A stretch of 64,000 nucleotides of DNA from an uncultured Actinomycetes bacterium (GCA_963725665.1 CAVRZA010000008.1:160001-224000); one strand, 5' to 3'. Shown: positions 43,582 through 55,189, counted from the first letter of the stretch. Made by a program: numbers and translations. The notes: generated by a model not told the origin, from the letters alone.

Positions 43582-44727
43582 GTGGACAAAGAGAAGGCTC
43601 TCGACGCCGCCGTCACCCAGATCGAACGCCACTTCGGCAAAGGCAGCATCATGCGCATGGGCGACCATCCCAGCGGGGTCGACGTGGGCGTGGTCCCCAC
43701 AGGCTCGCTGGCGCTCGACATCGCCCTCGGGGTGGGTGGTATCCCACGCGGCCGCATCGTCGAGATCTACGGGCCGGAGGCGTCGGGCAAGACGACCCTC
43801 GTCTATCACATCATCGCCGAAGCCCAGAAGCTTGGCGGCCAGTGTGCCTTCATCGACGCCGAGCACTCGATGGACCCGATCTACGCCAAGGCGATCGGGG
43901 TCGATGTCGACGACCTGCTGGTCTCGCAGCCAGACTACGGCGAGCAGGCGCTCGAGATCGCCGAGATGCTGGTTCGCAGCGGCGCCCTCGACGTGGTGGC
44001 CATCGACTCGGTCGCGGCGCTCACCCCGCGCGCCGAGATCGAGGGCGAGATGGGCGACAGCTTCGTCGGTCTGCAGGCGCGCCTCATGAGCCAGGCTCTG
44101 CGCAAGCTCGCCGGCACGCTCAGCAAGTCGGGCACTATCGCCGTGTTCACCAACCAGCTGCGCGAGAAGATCGGCGTCATGTTCGGCAATCCCGAGACGA
44201 CCACCGGCGGCAAGGCGCTCAAGTTCTACGCCACCATCAGGCTCGACATCCGCCGTATCGAGACCCTCAAGGACGGCGCCGAGGCGATCGGCAACCGCGT
44301 GCGCGTCAAGGTGGTCAAGAACAAGGTCGCGCCGCCGTTCAAGCAAGCCGAGTTCGACATCATGTACGGCGAGGGAACCTCGCGTGAGGGGACCCTCCTC
44401 GACCTCGGCGTGACCAGCGAGGTCGTGCAGAAGAGCGGCGCCTTCTTCAGCTTCAACGACGAGCGCCTGGGGCAGGGGCGCAACAACGCCCGCCAGTTCC
44501 TCAAGGAGAACCGCGACATCGCCGACGCCATCGAGGTCCGTATCCGCGAGAAGGCAGGACTCGCGCCGGTCCCCGAGCGCGCAGGGTCGTCGCCCAGCGG
44601 GGCCGCTGCTGCCGCCGGTCGCGGCAAAGCCGCGACCGGCGGCGACTCGCCGGCAGCGGCTGCGGTGGGCCGTGAGGCGGGCGTCACCGCAAACGCCACC
44701 GACGACGCGAGCGCCGACGACCGCTAG
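43582..44727 (+). CDS. recA: Recombinase A
   Basis: [34 protein letters not shown]. Confidence 0.99.
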   Translation: MDKEKALDAAVTQIERHFGKGSIMRMGDHPSGVDVGVVPTGSLALDIALGVGGIPRGRIVEIYGPEASGKTTLVYHIIAEAQKLGGQCAFIDAEHSMDPIYAKAIGVDVDDLLVSQPDYGEQALEIAEMLVRSGALDVVAIDSVAALTPRAEIEGEMGDSFVGLQARLMSQALRKLAGTLSKSGTIAVFTNQLREKIGVMFGNPETTTGGKALKFYATIRLDIRRIETLKDGAEAIGNRVRVKVVKNKVAPPFKQAEFDIMYGEGTSREGTLLDLGVTSEVVQKSGAFFSFNDERLGQGRNNARQFLKENRDIADAIEVRIREKAGLAPVPERAGSSPSGAAAAAGRGKAATGGDSPAAAAVGREAGVTANATDDASADDR

Positions 44728-44785
44728 CCGGCCGCGCGCGCCAGCACGAACGCCGGCCCGCGGCCGAGGCGGGGAGGAGGCCGAA

Positions 44786-45508
44786 GTGCCGTCGGTGACC
44801 GCGCTGCGAGCGACGAAGCGCGGGCGCATCGCGCTTCACATCGACGGCGAGTTTGCGTGCACCGTCACCGAAGCGCTGGTCGCGCGCCACCACCTCTTCG
44901 CCGGCAAGGAGCTCAGCGCGACCGAGGTCGAGGCGCTGCGCGCCGAGGCCTCGGTCGCGCGCGCGCTCGCCGACGCGTACCGCCTCTTGGGTCATCGCCC
45001 GCGCTCCCAGGCCGAGCTGCGCCGCCGCCTGCTCGACAAGGGCCACAGCGAGCGCGAGGTCGCGCAGGCCCTCGATCGCCTGGCTACGGACGGGTTCCTC
45101 GACGACGCCGCCTTCGCGCGCGCCTTCGCCGCCGACAAGCGCCGCCTTTCAGGCTGGGGCAGCGAGCGCATCGCGCGCGCCCTGGCTGAGGCCGGGGTCG
45201 CCGCCGAGGCCGTCCGGGTGGCGCTTGCAGCGACGGCGGCCGAGGGCGCAGTAGGCGCGACCGCCGGCGGCGGCGCGCAAGGCAGCGACCGCGGTGAACA
45301 CCACGACGACGAACCCGACCCCGACGAAGCCGAGCTGGCGCGGGCCCTGGCCGCTCTCGGGCGGCGCGGCAGAGCCGCGCCGCCGCTCGACGCTGCCCGG
45401 GCCCGCGCCTTTCAGTTCTTGCGCCGCCGCGGCTACGCCACCCACGTAGCCTACGAGGCCGTGCGCCGCTGGTCGGCGAACGTCTCCGAGCCCGAGCGCG
45501 ACGACTGA
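44786..45508 (+). CDS. recX: Regulatory protein RecX
   Basis: RSQAELRRRL, LDDAAFA, FLRRRGY; GGAGGAGG SD. Confidence 0.92.
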   Translation: MPSVTALRATKRGRIALHIDGEFACTVTEALVARHHLFAGKELSATEVEALRAEASVARALADAYRLLGHRPRSQAELRRRLLDKGHSEREVAQALDRLATDGFLDDAAFARAFAADKRRLSGWGSERIARALAEAGVAAEAVRVALAATAAEGAVGATAGGGAQGSDRGEHHDDEPDPDEAELARALAALGRRGRAAPPLDAARARAFQFLRRRGYATHVAYEAVRRWSANVSEPERDD

Positions 45509-45587
45509 CCGCATCGGCGACGCGCCACCGCCGGGGCAGGCCTGACCATGCGGGCACGGCGCGCCGGCCGTTGCGCCGTGTCGCCGT

Positions 45588-45617
45588 TTGACACTCCGTC
45601 TCGGGCGTCACTACAAT
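45588..45617 (+). promoter_or_regulatory. Near-consensus housekeeping promoter
   Basis: TTGACA-N18-TACAAT. Confidence 0.8.
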
Positions 45618-45623
45618 GAATCC

Positions 45624-45860
45624 TGAGCAACTCGCTCCTGGATTTGTGACTCAAGTCATTGGCACTTGCAGGGTGATGCACTCCGGCGCCGCAGTTGAGC
45701 GCCGGTCTGTCGAAACGGTGAGCACGACGGCCATCTCGAGCTAGCAGGCAACGACCTTCGCGACACCCCTACGGGGCGACCCTCGCGTCGCCTAACGACA
45801 GAAGCAGAGACCTCGCAGGCGGCCGTACGTGGCACAGAGCCGGGCAGTTGCCCGGCTTTT
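45624..45860 (+). ncRNA. Candidate structured RNA (sRNA or rny leader)
   Basis: Bounded by promoter and terminator; nested stems; no credible ORF. Confidence 0.55.
45838..45860 (+). terminator. Intrinsic terminator upstream of rny
   Basis: AGCCGGGC-AGTT-GCCCGGCT followed by TTT. Confidence 0.7.
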
Positions 45861-45883
45861 CTCATTTCGGGCAAGGGGAAGAA

Positions 45884-47416
45884 ATGACGACAGTACTGTT
45901 GATCGTGGTGACGATCGTCGCCGTCGTCCTGGCCGCTCTGCTGGTCCGCCGTTACCTCGGCGACGCCAAATCAGCCGCGGCGCACCAGGAGGCGGAGAGG
46001 GTCGTCGGCGACGCGCGCCGGGAGGCCGACGCGATCCTCAAGGAGGCCAACCTCGAGGCCAAGGAGCAGGTTCATCGCGTCCGCCAGGAGGTCGAGGAGG
46101 AGCTTGCCGACCGGCGCAACGAGGTCGCCAAGTCCGAGCAGCGCATCACGCAGCGCGAGGAGCTCATCGAGCAGCGCGCCGCCGAGCTGGAGCGGCGCGA
46201 GCAATCGCTGGTCGACCGCGAGGCCGACAACCTGAGGCTCAACGAAGAGTTGAAGGACGTCGTCGCCGAGCAGCGCGCGACCCTGGAGCGCATCGCCGGT
46301 ATCACGGCCGTGCAGGCCAAGGAGATGCTCCTCAAGCAGGCCGAGGACGAGTCCCGCCACGAGATGGCGAAGATGGTGCGTCAGATCGAGGAGGAGACAC
46401 GGCGCGAGGCCGACCGGCGGGCGCGCAACATACTCTCGCTGTCGATCCAGCGCACCGCGGCCAACCACGTCGCCGAGACGACCGTCTCGGTCGTCAACCT
46501 GCCCTCGGACGACATGAAGGGGCGCATCATCGGCCGCGAGGGGCGTAACATCCGCGCCCTCGAGGGCCTGACCGGCATCGATTTCATCATCGACGACACG
46601 CCCGAGGCCGTCGTGCTGTCGGGCTTTGACGGCGTGCGTCGCGAGACGGCCCGGCTGACGCTCACCAAGCTGCTCGCCGACGGCCGCATCCACCCGGCGC
46701 GCATCGAGGAGATGTACGGGCAGGCGAGAGCTGAGGTCGAGGCCACCATCGAGGAGGCGGGCGAGCAGGCCTGCTTCGATACCGACGTGCACGGCTTGGC
46801 GCCTGAGCTGGTCAAGCTCCTCGGGCGGCTCAAGTTCCGGACCAGCTACGGCCAGAACGTGCTCAACCACTCCATCGAGGTGGCCCACCTCGCCGGCATC
46901 ATGGCCTCCGAGCTGGGCGCCAACCCGAAGATCGCCCGCCGCGCCGGCCTGCTGCACGACCTCGGCAAGGCAGTCGACCACGAGGTCGATGGCTCGCATG
47001 GGCAGATCTCCGCGCAGCTCGCCAAGAAGTACCGCGAGTCGCAGAGCGTCATTCACGCCATCGAGGCCCACCACCAGGACGTCGAGCCGCAGACGATCGA
47101 GGCGGTGCTGGTGCAGGCCGCCGACGCCATCTCCGCGGCGCGCCCGGGAGCCCGGCGCGAGACACTCGAGAACTACATCAAGCGGCTCGAGTCGCTCGAG
47201 AAGATCGCCGAGGGCAAGAAGGGCGTCGAGAAGTGCTACGCCATGCAGGCGGGACGCGAGGTGCGCGTCATGGTCAAGCCGGCCGAGATCGACGACGACG
47301 AGGCCGTGCTGCTCTCCAAGGAGATCGCCAGGGAGATCGAGGACCAGCTCGATTACCCGGGCCAGATCAGGGTGACGGTGATCCGCGAGAGCCGCGCCGT
47401 GGAGTACGCCAAGTAG
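45884..47416 (+). CDS. rny: Ribonuclease Y
   Basis: N-terminal TM, coiled coil, [13 protein letters not shown] (KH), LLHDLGK (HD). Confidence 0.98.
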   Translation: MTTVLLIVVTIVAVVLAALLVRRYLGDAKSAAAHQEAERVVGDARREADAILKEANLEAKEQVHRVRQEVEEELADRRNEVAKSEQRITQREELIEQRAAELERREQSLVDREADNLRLNEELKDVVAEQRATLERIAGITAVQAKEMLLKQAEDESRHEMAKMVRQIEEETRREADRRARNILSLSIQRTAANHVAETTVSVVNLPSDDMKGRIIGREGRNIRALEGLTGIDFIIDDTPEAVVLSGFDGVRRETARLTLTKLLADGRIHPARIEEMYGQARAEVEATIEEAGEQACFDTDVHGLAPELVKLLGRLKFRTSYGQNVLNHSIEVAHLAGIMASELGANPKIARRAGLLHDLGKAVDHEVDGSHGQISAQLAKKYRESQSVIHAIEAHHQDVEPQTIEAVLVQAADAISAARPGARRETLENYIKRLESLEKIAEGKKGVEKCYAMQAGREVRVMVKPAEIDDDEAVLLSKEIAREIEDQLDYPGQIRVTVIRESRAVEYAK

Positions 47417-47521
47417 GATGAATACGCCCCTGGCGGCGGGCGGTGCCGCTCGTCCGGCGCCGCCCGCCACCGAGGATCCCCGCGACCGCTTGGCGCCGCT
47501 GCCGGCGGTCGCGAGACGACC

Positions 47522-48871
47522 GTGAGCGAGCGAACAGTCACAGAGCAGCGCGACGATCCCGCCGGGCGCCTTCGGACCTACTACCTGCGCACCTTCGGCT
47601 GCCAGATGAATGAGCACGACTCGGAACGCATCCGGGCCACGCTCGAGAGCGAGGGCCTGCGCCGCGTCGCGAATCCCGACGAAGCCGCCGTGCTGGTCTA
47701 CAACACCTGCACGGTACGGCAGAGCGCCGACGAGCGCCTGGCCGGTCACCTAGGCACCGCCGCCCGGCTCAAGCGCGACGACCCCGGGCGCCTCGTCGTG
47801 GTGACCGGCTGCCTACCGCAGGCCGAGCAGGCCGCCTTCTTCTCGCGCTATCCGTTCGTCGACGTGGCCCTCGGCCCCCAGAGTCTCGATCACCTGCGCG
47901 AGGCTCTGCGCGGCGACCGCCTCGAGCCGCGTGGCTTCTTCGCCGACGAGCCCTTGCTGAGCGGGCGGCTCCCCGGCCGCCGCGAGCGACCCTTTCAGGC
48001 CTGGCTGCAGGTCATGGCCGGCTGCACCAACTTCTGCTCCTACTGCGTCGTGCCCTTCGTGCGCGGCCCCGAACGCAGCCGGCCGCTACCCGAGGTCGTC
48101 GCCGAGGCGCGGGCGCTGGTGGCCGACGGGGTGCTCGAGCTCACGCTCCTCGGGCAGAACGTCAACGCCTACGGGGCCGACCTCTCGCACAGCGGCGATG
48201 GGCCGACCTTCGCGGGGCTGCTCGCCGCCCTCGACGGCATCGAGGGCCTCGCGCGGCAGCGTTTCATGACTTCGCACCCCAAAGACCTCTCCGACGAGCT
48301 CATCGCGGCGATCGCCGAGCTGCCGACCGTGTGCGAGCACGTGCACCTCCCGGCCCAGTCGGGCTCCGACCGCGTGCTGGCGGCGATGAACCGGGGCTAC
48401 ACACGCGGGCGCTACCTTGAGCGCGTGCGGGCTCTGCGGGCGGCGGTCCCCGACGCTTCGCTGACCACCGACCTCATCGCCGGCTTCCCCGGCGAGACCG
48501 ACGGGGACTTCGAGGAGACCCTCTCGCTGGTCGGGGAGGCGCAGTTCGACGCCGCCTTCACGTTCGTGTACTCACCGCGTCCGGGGACCGCCGCGGCGGC
48601 GCTGCCGGAGCAGGTCCCCGAGGAGGCGCGACGAGCGCGCGTCGAGCGCCTTGTCGCGGCTACGCAGGCGCAGGCGCGCGCTCGTCGCCGACGCCTGATC
48701 GGGCGCACGGTCGAGGTGCTGGTCGAGGGGCGAAGCCGTCACGGGCAAACGCTCCGCGGCCGCACGCGGCAGCATGTCACGGTAAACTTCACGGGAAGGG
48801 CCCAGCCGGGCGAGCTCGTCGCCGTGACGGTCACGGGGGCGACCTCGACCACACTGTCGGGTAGAACCTGA
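47522..48871 (+). CDS. miaB: tRNA-2-methylthio-N6-dimethylallyladenosine synthase
   Basis: TFGCQMNEHDSE, CTNFCSYC, FMTSHP, TRAM domain. Confidence 0.96.
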   Translation: MSERTVTEQRDDPAGRLRTYYLRTFGCQMNEHDSERIRATLESEGLRRVANPDEAAVLVYNTCTVRQSADERLAGHLGTAARLKRDDPGRLVVVTGCLPQAEQAAFFSRYPFVDVALGPQSLDHLREALRGDRLEPRGFFADEPLLSGRLPGRRERPFQAWLQVMAGCTNFCSYCVVPFVRGPERSRPLPEVVAEARALVADGVLELTLLGQNVNAYGADLSHSGDGPTFAGLLAALDGIEGLARQRFMTSHPKDLSDELIAAIAELPTVCEHVHLPAQSGSDRVLAAMNRGYTRGRYLERVRALRAAVPDASLTTDLIAGFPGETDGDFEETLSLVGEAQFDAAFTFVYSPRPGTAAAALPEQVPEEARRARVERLVAATQAQARARRRRLIGRTVEVLVEGRSRHGQTLRGRTRQHVTVNFTGRAQPGELVAVTVTGATSTTLSGRT

Positions 48872-48885
48872 CGCAGGGAGGGGTC

Positions 48886-49668
48886 ATGGCAGCCGTCGGG
48901 TGCGTGTGTCCTCATCCACCGCTTCTCGTGCCCGCGATCGGACGCAGCCACCGTGAGCCGGTACGACGTACCATCACAGCCATGGAGGCGCTCGCCGCGG
49001 CGGCCGGCGAACCGGAGACGATCGTCGTCATCTCGCCGCACACCGACGGTTCGGCCTCGCGTTTCTTCGTGAAGCGCCCGGCGACCCTGTGGGGCGACTT
49101 CTCGGCCTTCAACTGTCCGCAGGTCGCCATCGAGATGGAGAACGATCGCGAGCTCGTCGACTGCCTCCTTGCGGCGGCCGCCGACGACCCTGAGGTGACC
49201 ATGGTGCCGGCCGACGACGACTACCTCGACCACGGCGTCCTGGTCCCGCTGGGCTTCCTACGCGGCCGCCACCTCGTGTCGCTCTCGATCGTCGCCGACT
49301 ATCAGGTCCACCGCGCGCTCGGCCGCCTCGTGCGCCGCTGCGCCGAGGAGCTCGAGCGCGACGTGCTCTTCCTGGCCTCGGGCGACCTCTCCCACCGGCT
49401 CACGCGCGACGCGCCGGCAGGCTACGACCCCAAGGGGGCCGTGTTCGACGCCGAGGTCACGACCCGGCTGGGCGAGGGACGGTTCGCCGAGCTCGGCGAC
49501 CTCGACTCGGGTCTCGTGCGCGCCGCGGGTGAGTGCGGTCTGCGTTCGTTGTTCGCGCTCGGCGGCTTCCTCGGCGCTGAGGCGGCGAGCAAGCCGAAGC
49601 TCCTGAGCTACGAAGGTCCCTTCGGCGTCGGCTACGCCGTGGCCTCGTACGGCCTCGACGTGTCATGA
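48886..49668 (+). CDS. Memo/LigB-fold protein (AmmeMemoRadiSam B-like)
   Basis: PHPPLLVP, ISPH, DHG, SGDLSHRL, ECG, YEGPFGVGY. Confidence 0.85.
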   Translation: MAAVGCVCPHPPLLVPAIGRSHREPVRRTITAMEALAAAAGEPETIVVISPHTDGSASRFFVKRPATLWGDFSAFNCPQVAIEMENDRELVDCLLAAAADDPEVTMVPADDDYLDHGVLVPLGFLRGRHLVSLSIVADYQVHRALGRLVRRCAEELERDVLFLASGDLSHRLTRDAPAGYDPKGAVFDAEVTTRLGEGRFAELGDLDSGLVRAAGECGLRSLFALGGFLGAEAASKPKLLSYEGPFGVGYAVASYGLDVS

Positions 49669-50354
49669 GCTCGCCCCCCGTCTCGCCGGCCGCCTACGCT
49701 CGCTCCTGCGTCGAGGCGCTCGTCGGCGGCCGGCCGGCTCCGCGGCCGCCTGTCGACGAGGCTTACGAGGTCGCGGCCGCGTGCTTCGTCTCCATCAAGA
49801 CCCAGGGGGGAGACCTGCGCGGCTGCATCGGCACGCTCACGCCGTGCGAGCCCTGTCTCGGCGACGAGATCGCCCGCAACGCCTACGCGGCCGCCTTCTC
49901 CGACCCTCGGTTCTACCCGATACGTCCCGCAGAGCTCGGCGATCTCGTCTACTCGGTCGACGTGCTCAGCGACAGCGAACCGACGACGCTGGACGGTCTC
50001 GACCCGGCACGGTTCGGGGTGATCGTGAGTCGCGAGCACCGCCGCGGCGTGTTGCTGCCCGACCTGCCGACGGTCACGACGGCAGGCCGGCAGGTGGCCA
50101 TCGCCCTGCAGAAGGCCGGCATCTCGGCGAACGAGGACTACGAGCTCGCGCGCTTCACCGTGCGGCGCTATCGCGAGACCGAGGGCGCCGAGGTCGGCGT
50201 CTGCTGGACCGACGAGCGCACAGCGGAGGGCGAGGTGACCTGCGCACCCGAAAGCGAGGCGCAGGAGCTCGCGACCGACGGTCAGGTTGCAGACCGTGCG
50301 ACCGAGACTCTCGCAGCGACAGGCGAGGCGCTGCCGCCGGAGCCCGAGGGGTAG
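49665..50354 (+). CDS. AMMECR1-domain protein (AmmeMemoRadiSam A)
   Basis: FVSI...LRGCIGT, AAFSDPRF, GVLLP. Confidence 0.92.
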   Translation: MSSPPVSPAAYARSCVEALVGGRPAPRPPVDEAYEVAAACFVSIKTQGGDLRGCIGTLTPCEPCLGDEIARNAYAAAFSDPRFYPIRPAELGDLVYSVDVLSDSEPTTLDGLDPARFGVIVSREHRRGVLLPDLPTVTTAGRQVAIALQKAGISANEDYELARFTVRRYRETEGAEVGVCWTDERTAEGEVTCAPESEAQELATDGQVADRATETLAATGEALPPEPEG

Positions 50355-50359
50355 CGCGC

Positions 50360-51331
50360 ACGAAGGCGCAGCCGCCGGTCATCGCCGTCTTCGGGCCCAC
50401 CGGTCTCGGCAAGACCGAGGTCGCGCTCGCCCTTGCCCGGCGACTCGAGGGCGAGATCGTGTCGGCCGACTCCATGCAGGTCTACAGGCGTCTGCCTATC
50501 CTCACGAACCAGCCGACTGAGGAGCAGCTCGCCGCGGTCGCCCACCACCTGGTGGCGATCGTCGAGCCCGACGTCGAGTTCTCAGCAGCCCAGTATGCGC
50601 AGCTCGCCGCGCGCGCGCTCGATGCGCTCGCCACGCGCCGGCGGACGGCCATCATCGAGGGCGGCAGCGGCCTGTACCTGCGCGCAGCGCTGGGCGGCCT
50701 CGCCTTCGGGCCGCCGCCCAGCGCCGCGCGCGCCGAGCTCGAGGCGCTCGCGGCGCGCGACGCGCAGGCGCTCGTCGCGCGCCTCGAGCGCCTCGACCCG
50801 GACGCGGCGGCAAGCATCGACCTGGAGAACCCGCGGCGTCTTGTCAGAGCGGTCGAGAGAGCCCTCCAGAAGGCGCCTGACGGCGCTGGGCGGGGTTCCG
50901 AGGGGGAGGATTCCATGACTGCAGCGGGCACGGCTCCTGCGGCGCCCTCCGGCTCGCTGCTCTGGGCCTCGGGCGAGCGCGACGCGCGCGTGGTCGCGCT
51001 CGAGCCCGACCGCGAGCGCCTGCGCGAGCGCGTCGACGCGCGCGTCGACGAGATGTTCGCCCGCGGGCTCGTCGACGAGGTGCGCACGGTGCGCGACAGC
51101 TTCACGCTCTCGCGCACCGTGCGTCAGGCCATCGGCGTGCGCGAGATCTGCGCCTTGCTCGATGGGGAGCTCAGCCTGGAGGACGCGAGACGGCGCATGC
51201 AGGCGCGCACGCGCGCCTACGTGCGCCGTCAGCTCACCTGGATGAGAAAGCTCCCCGATACTGCTAGAATCCCTGTCTCCGCACGCTCGGCCGATGAGGT
51301 GGCCGACGAGATCGTCCGACGCCTGTCGTAG
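50360..51331 (+). CDS. miaA: tRNA dimethylallyltransferase (start non-canonical: ACG 50360 or GTA 50351)
   Basis: GPTGLGKT, SADSMQVYR, GGSGLY, RRQLTW. Confidence 0.93.
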   Translation, partial: TKAQPPVIAVFGPTGLGKTEVALALARRLEGEIVSADSMQVYRRLPILTNQPTEEQLAAVAHHLVAIVEPDVEFSAAQYAQLAARALDALATRRRTAIIEGGSGLYLRAALGGLAFGPPPSAARAELEALAARDAQALVARLERLDPDAAASIDLENPRRLVRAVERALQKAPDGAGRGSEGEDSMTAAGTAPAAPSGSLLWASGERDARVVALEPDRERLRERVDARVDEMFARGLVDEVRTVRDSFTLSRTVRQAIGVREICALLDGELSLEDARRRMQARTRAYVRRQLTWMRKLPDTARIPVSARSADEVADEIVRRLS

Positions 51332-51345
51332 AAGGAGGGACCCCA

Positions 51346-52245
<900 letters not shown>

Positions 52246-52255
52246 CGTCGCACCA

Positions 52256-53422
52256 GTGAAACGCCTCTCACAGCGCGTCGAGAGCCTGCCGCCGTACCTG
52301 TTCGCCGAGATCGAGCGCAAGGTCGCCGCCAAGAGGGCGGCCGGCGTCGACATCATCAGCCTCGGCATCGGCGATCCCGACACGCCGACGCCGGCGCACA
52401 TCATCGCGGCCCTGGTCGAGGCCGCCCGGGACCCCGCCACGCACCAGTACCCGTCGAACCAAGGCTCGCAGATCTTCCGCGAGGCGGTCGCGGGCTACTA
52501 TCGGCGGCGTTTCGGCGTCTCTCTCGACCCCGAGCGCGAGATCATGGCTGCCCTCGGTGCCAAGGAGGCCATCGCCCACATCTGCCTCTGCCTGCTCGAC
52601 CAGTCCGACGTCTGCCTTGCCTCCGACCCCGGCTATCCGGTCTATGTCGCGGGCCCGCTGCTCGCCGACGGGCACGCCGTGCGCCTGCCGCTGCTGCCCG
52701 AGCTCGGCTTCCAGCCCGACCTCGAGGCCGTCGGGCCGGCGGCACTCGCGAGGGCCAAGATGGTATTCGTGGGCTATCCCAACAACCCCACCGGCGCCGT
52801 GATCGAGGACGACTTCTTCGCGCGCCTGGTGGCTTTCGCCAGGGAGCACGACCTGGTGGTCGTGCACGACAACGCCTACGCCGACATCACCTACGACGGC
52901 TACGTAGCGCCCAGCTTCCTCGAGACGCTGGGCGCGAAGGACGTCGGCATCGAGGTCTTCTCGCTCTCCAAGACCTACAACATGACCGGCTGGCGCACGG
53001 GCGCCATCGTCGGCAACCCGGAGCTCATCGAAGCCTTCTGGCGTCTCAAGACGAACATGGACTCGGGCATGTTCGAGGCTGTGCAACGCGCCAGTGCGGC
53101 GGCGCTGGAGGGCCCGCAGGACGGCGTCGCCGCGCTGCGGGCTCTCTACCAGCGCCGCCGCGACCTGCTCGTCGCCGCGCTGCGCACCATCGGCCTCGAG
53201 GCCTCACCGCCCAAGGGCACCATCTACCTGTGGGTGCCTGTCCCCGAGGGACACACATCGGCGAGCCTCTCGAACCAGATCCTCGAGCAGGCGGACGTGA
53301 TCGTCTCGCCTGGGGCCGCCTACGGGCCCAGTGGCGAGGGCTACGTCCGCTTCTCTCTCACGCTCCCCGACGAACGCCTGCAGGAGGCGGTCCGGCGCAT
53401 CGAGGAGCGGGTACAACTCTAG
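52256..53422 (+). CDS. dapL: LL-diaminopimelate aminotransferase-like class I aminotransferase
   Basis: LPPYLFAE, LGIGDPD, YPNNPTG, SLSKTYNMTGWR; follows dapF. Confidence 0.82.
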   Translation: MKRLSQRVESLPPYLFAEIERKVAAKRAAGVDIISLGIGDPDTPTPAHIIAALVEAARDPATHQYPSNQGSQIFREAVAGYYRRRFGVSLDPEREIMAALGAKEAIAHICLCLLDQSDVCLASDPGYPVYVAGPLLADGHAVRLPLLPELGFQPDLEAVGPAALARAKMVFVGYPNNPTGAVIEDDFFARLVAFAREHDLVVVHDNAYADITYDGYVAPSFLETLGAKDVGIEVFSLSKTYNMTGWRTGAIVGNPELIEAFWRLKTNMDSGMFEAVQRASAAALEGPQDGVAALRALYQRRRDLLVAALRTIGLEASPPKGTIYLWVPVPEGHTSASLSNQILEQADVIVSPGAAYGPSGEGYVRFSLTLPDERLQEAVRRIEERVQL

Positions 53423-53429
53423 TCAGCGC

Positions 53430-54737
53430 ATGCCCACCATGGAGACATCCGTCGACCGGCCGCTGGCCGTCCTCTTCGCCGTGCTGCCCGGCGGCAGCAA
53501 GGCCGAGGACCAACGCGGCGAGGCCCTCACCGAGATCCGCGAGCTCCTCGAGTCGGCCGAGATCGGCTTCGCCGCCGAGGTCGTGCAGCACAAGGCACAT
53601 CCCGATCCGCACTCGTACCTCGGCCCCGGGAAGCTGCAGGAGCTCAAGGCGACCGTGAAGCAGACCAAGGCCACGGTCGCGGTCTGCGAGGACAACCTCT
53701 CGCCCGCGCAGGTGGCCGCCGTCCTCGACGCGGTCGCCGCCGACGTGCTCGATCGCACGGAGCTGATCCTCACTGTCTTCTCCAAGCACGCGCACTCGCT
53801 CGAAGGCACCCTCCAGGTCCACCTGGCCCAGCTGGAGTACGAGCTCACCCGCGTGCGCGGCAAGGGCCTGGTGCTGTCGCGGCTCGGCGCCGGCGTCGAC
53901 ATGCGCGGCCCCGGAGAGACGAAGCTCGAGGTCGACCGGCGCGTCATCCGCCAGCGCATCCAGGTGCTGCGACGGCGCATCGAGCGCATGGCGCAGACGC
54001 GGCGTACGCAGCGCCAGCGCCGGCTGAGGGCGGAGGCGCCGCTCCTGGCGCTCGCCGGGTACACCAACGCCGGCAAGTCGACCCTGCTCAACAGCCTGAC
54101 CGCCGCCGACGTGTCGGTGCGCGACCGCCTCTTCGAGACCCTCGATCCGACGACGCGCAGCTTCCGTTACCGCGACCGCGACTACGTGATCACCGACACC
54201 GTCGGCTTCATCCGCAAGCTGCCCCACCAGCTCGTCGACGCCTTCGCCTCGACGCTCGAGGAGACGCGGGTCGCCGACCTCGTGCTCGTCGTCGCCGACG
54301 CCGGTCTCGACGCCGGTGAGATCGAGGCGCGGCAGCAGACAGTCGCCGAGGTGCTCGACATGATCGGCTCCGATGTGCCGCGCCTCACGGTCTTCAACAA
54401 GATCGACCTCGTCGAGGATGCCGCCCTGAGGCGACTCGAGGCCAGGTACCCGCAGGCCGCGTTCATCTCGGCGCGCGACGGGGAGGGCCTCGGCGACCTG
54501 CAAGACCGCATCGCACGTTTCTGCGCCCGTCACCTCGTGTCGGTGAGCCTGCTGGTGCCCTACGATCAGGGCCGTCTCGTCCACCGCCTGCGCGGAGTCG
54601 CCTCGGACATCGAGCAAGAGAACACGCCCGAAGGCGTTCTGCTCAGGGCGCGGGTGCCCGCGGCCGAGGCGGCACGGTATCGCGAGTTCCGCGTCGACGG
54701 CGACGTTCACCACAGCGAGGAGCCCGCGGTCGAGTGA
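53430..54737 (+). CDS. hflX: GTPase HflX
   Basis: RGPGETKLEVDRR, GYTNAGKST, DTVGFI, NKID. Confidence 0.96.
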   Translation: MPTMETSVDRPLAVLFAVLPGGSKAEDQRGEALTEIRELLESAEIGFAAEVVQHKAHPDPHSYLGPGKLQELKATVKQTKATVAVCEDNLSPAQVAAVLDAVAADVLDRTELILTVFSKHAHSLEGTLQVHLAQLEYELTRVRGKGLVLSRLGAGVDMRGPGETKLEVDRRVIRQRIQVLRRRIERMAQTRRTQRQRRLRAEAPLLALAGYTNAGKSTLLNSLTAADVSVRDRLFETLDPTTRSFRYRDRDYVITDTVGFIRKLPHQLVDAFASTLEETRVADLVLVVADAGLDAGEIEARQQTVAEVLDMIGSDVPRLTVFNKIDLVEDAALRRLEARYPQAAFISARDGEGLGDLQDRIARFCARHLVSVSLLVPYDQGRLVHRLRGVASDIEQENTPEGVLLRARVPAAEAARYREFRVDGDVHHSEEPAVE

Positions 54738-55189
54738 CGGGCGAGCCCCTCAAGATACCGGTGATGCTCCTCGCCCCCGGCGCGCGTCTGCCCCAGCGTG
54801 CCTACGAGCACGATGCCGCCTTCGACCTGTTCGCCGTCGAGAACGCGATCGTGGCGCCGCAGCAGCGCCACGTGGTCGGCACCGGCGTGGCGCTCGGCCT
54901 GCCGCCCGGGATCGCGGCCTTGACGCTGCCGCGCTCGGGGCTCGCGGCCGAGTACGGCGTAGCCCTGGTCAACGCGCCGGGGCTCATCGATCCCGGCTAT
55001 CGCGGCGAGGTGCGCATCATCCTGCTCAACACCGACCGCCACCATCCCTTTCACGTCCATGCCGGCGACCGTATCGCGCAGCTGCTCATCGTCAACCTGA
55101 CTGCCGTGAGCTTCTTCGAGACCGTGCGGCTCGACGAGACCGACCGGGGCGAACGCGGGTTCGGCTCGAGCGGCATGGCGGCTCCCTGA
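54734..55189 (+). CDS. dut: dUTP diphosphatase
   Basis: PRSGLA, GLIDPGYRGE, RIAQL, RGERGFGSSG. Confidence 0.96.
   Translation: MTGEPLKIPVMLLAPGARLPQRAYEHDAAFDLFAVENAIVAPQQRHVVGTGVALGLPPGIAALTLPRSGLAAEYGVALVNAPGLIDPGYRGEVRIILLNTDRHHPFHVHAGDRIAQLLIVNLTAVSFFETVRLDETDRGERGFGSSGMAAP

Noticed and set aside
44560-44727. Long RecA suggesting an intein or extra domain
   Set aside because: Core is contiguous; the extra length is an Ala/Gly-rich C-terminal tail
45618-45820. Resemblance of the rny upstream RNA to the c-di-AMP (ydaO) riboswitch (TGAATCC, GGGTGA, ACCTCGCAGGC)
   Set aside because: Key GGGGGAAC and CCCGAACCCG..AGCUAAC elements are missing; left unassigned
51234-51261. TCAC-N16-CCCGATAC sigma28-like site near the miaA 3' end
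   Set aside because: Inside coding sequence, weaker match, and a TAGAAT -10 nearby explains a dapF promoter
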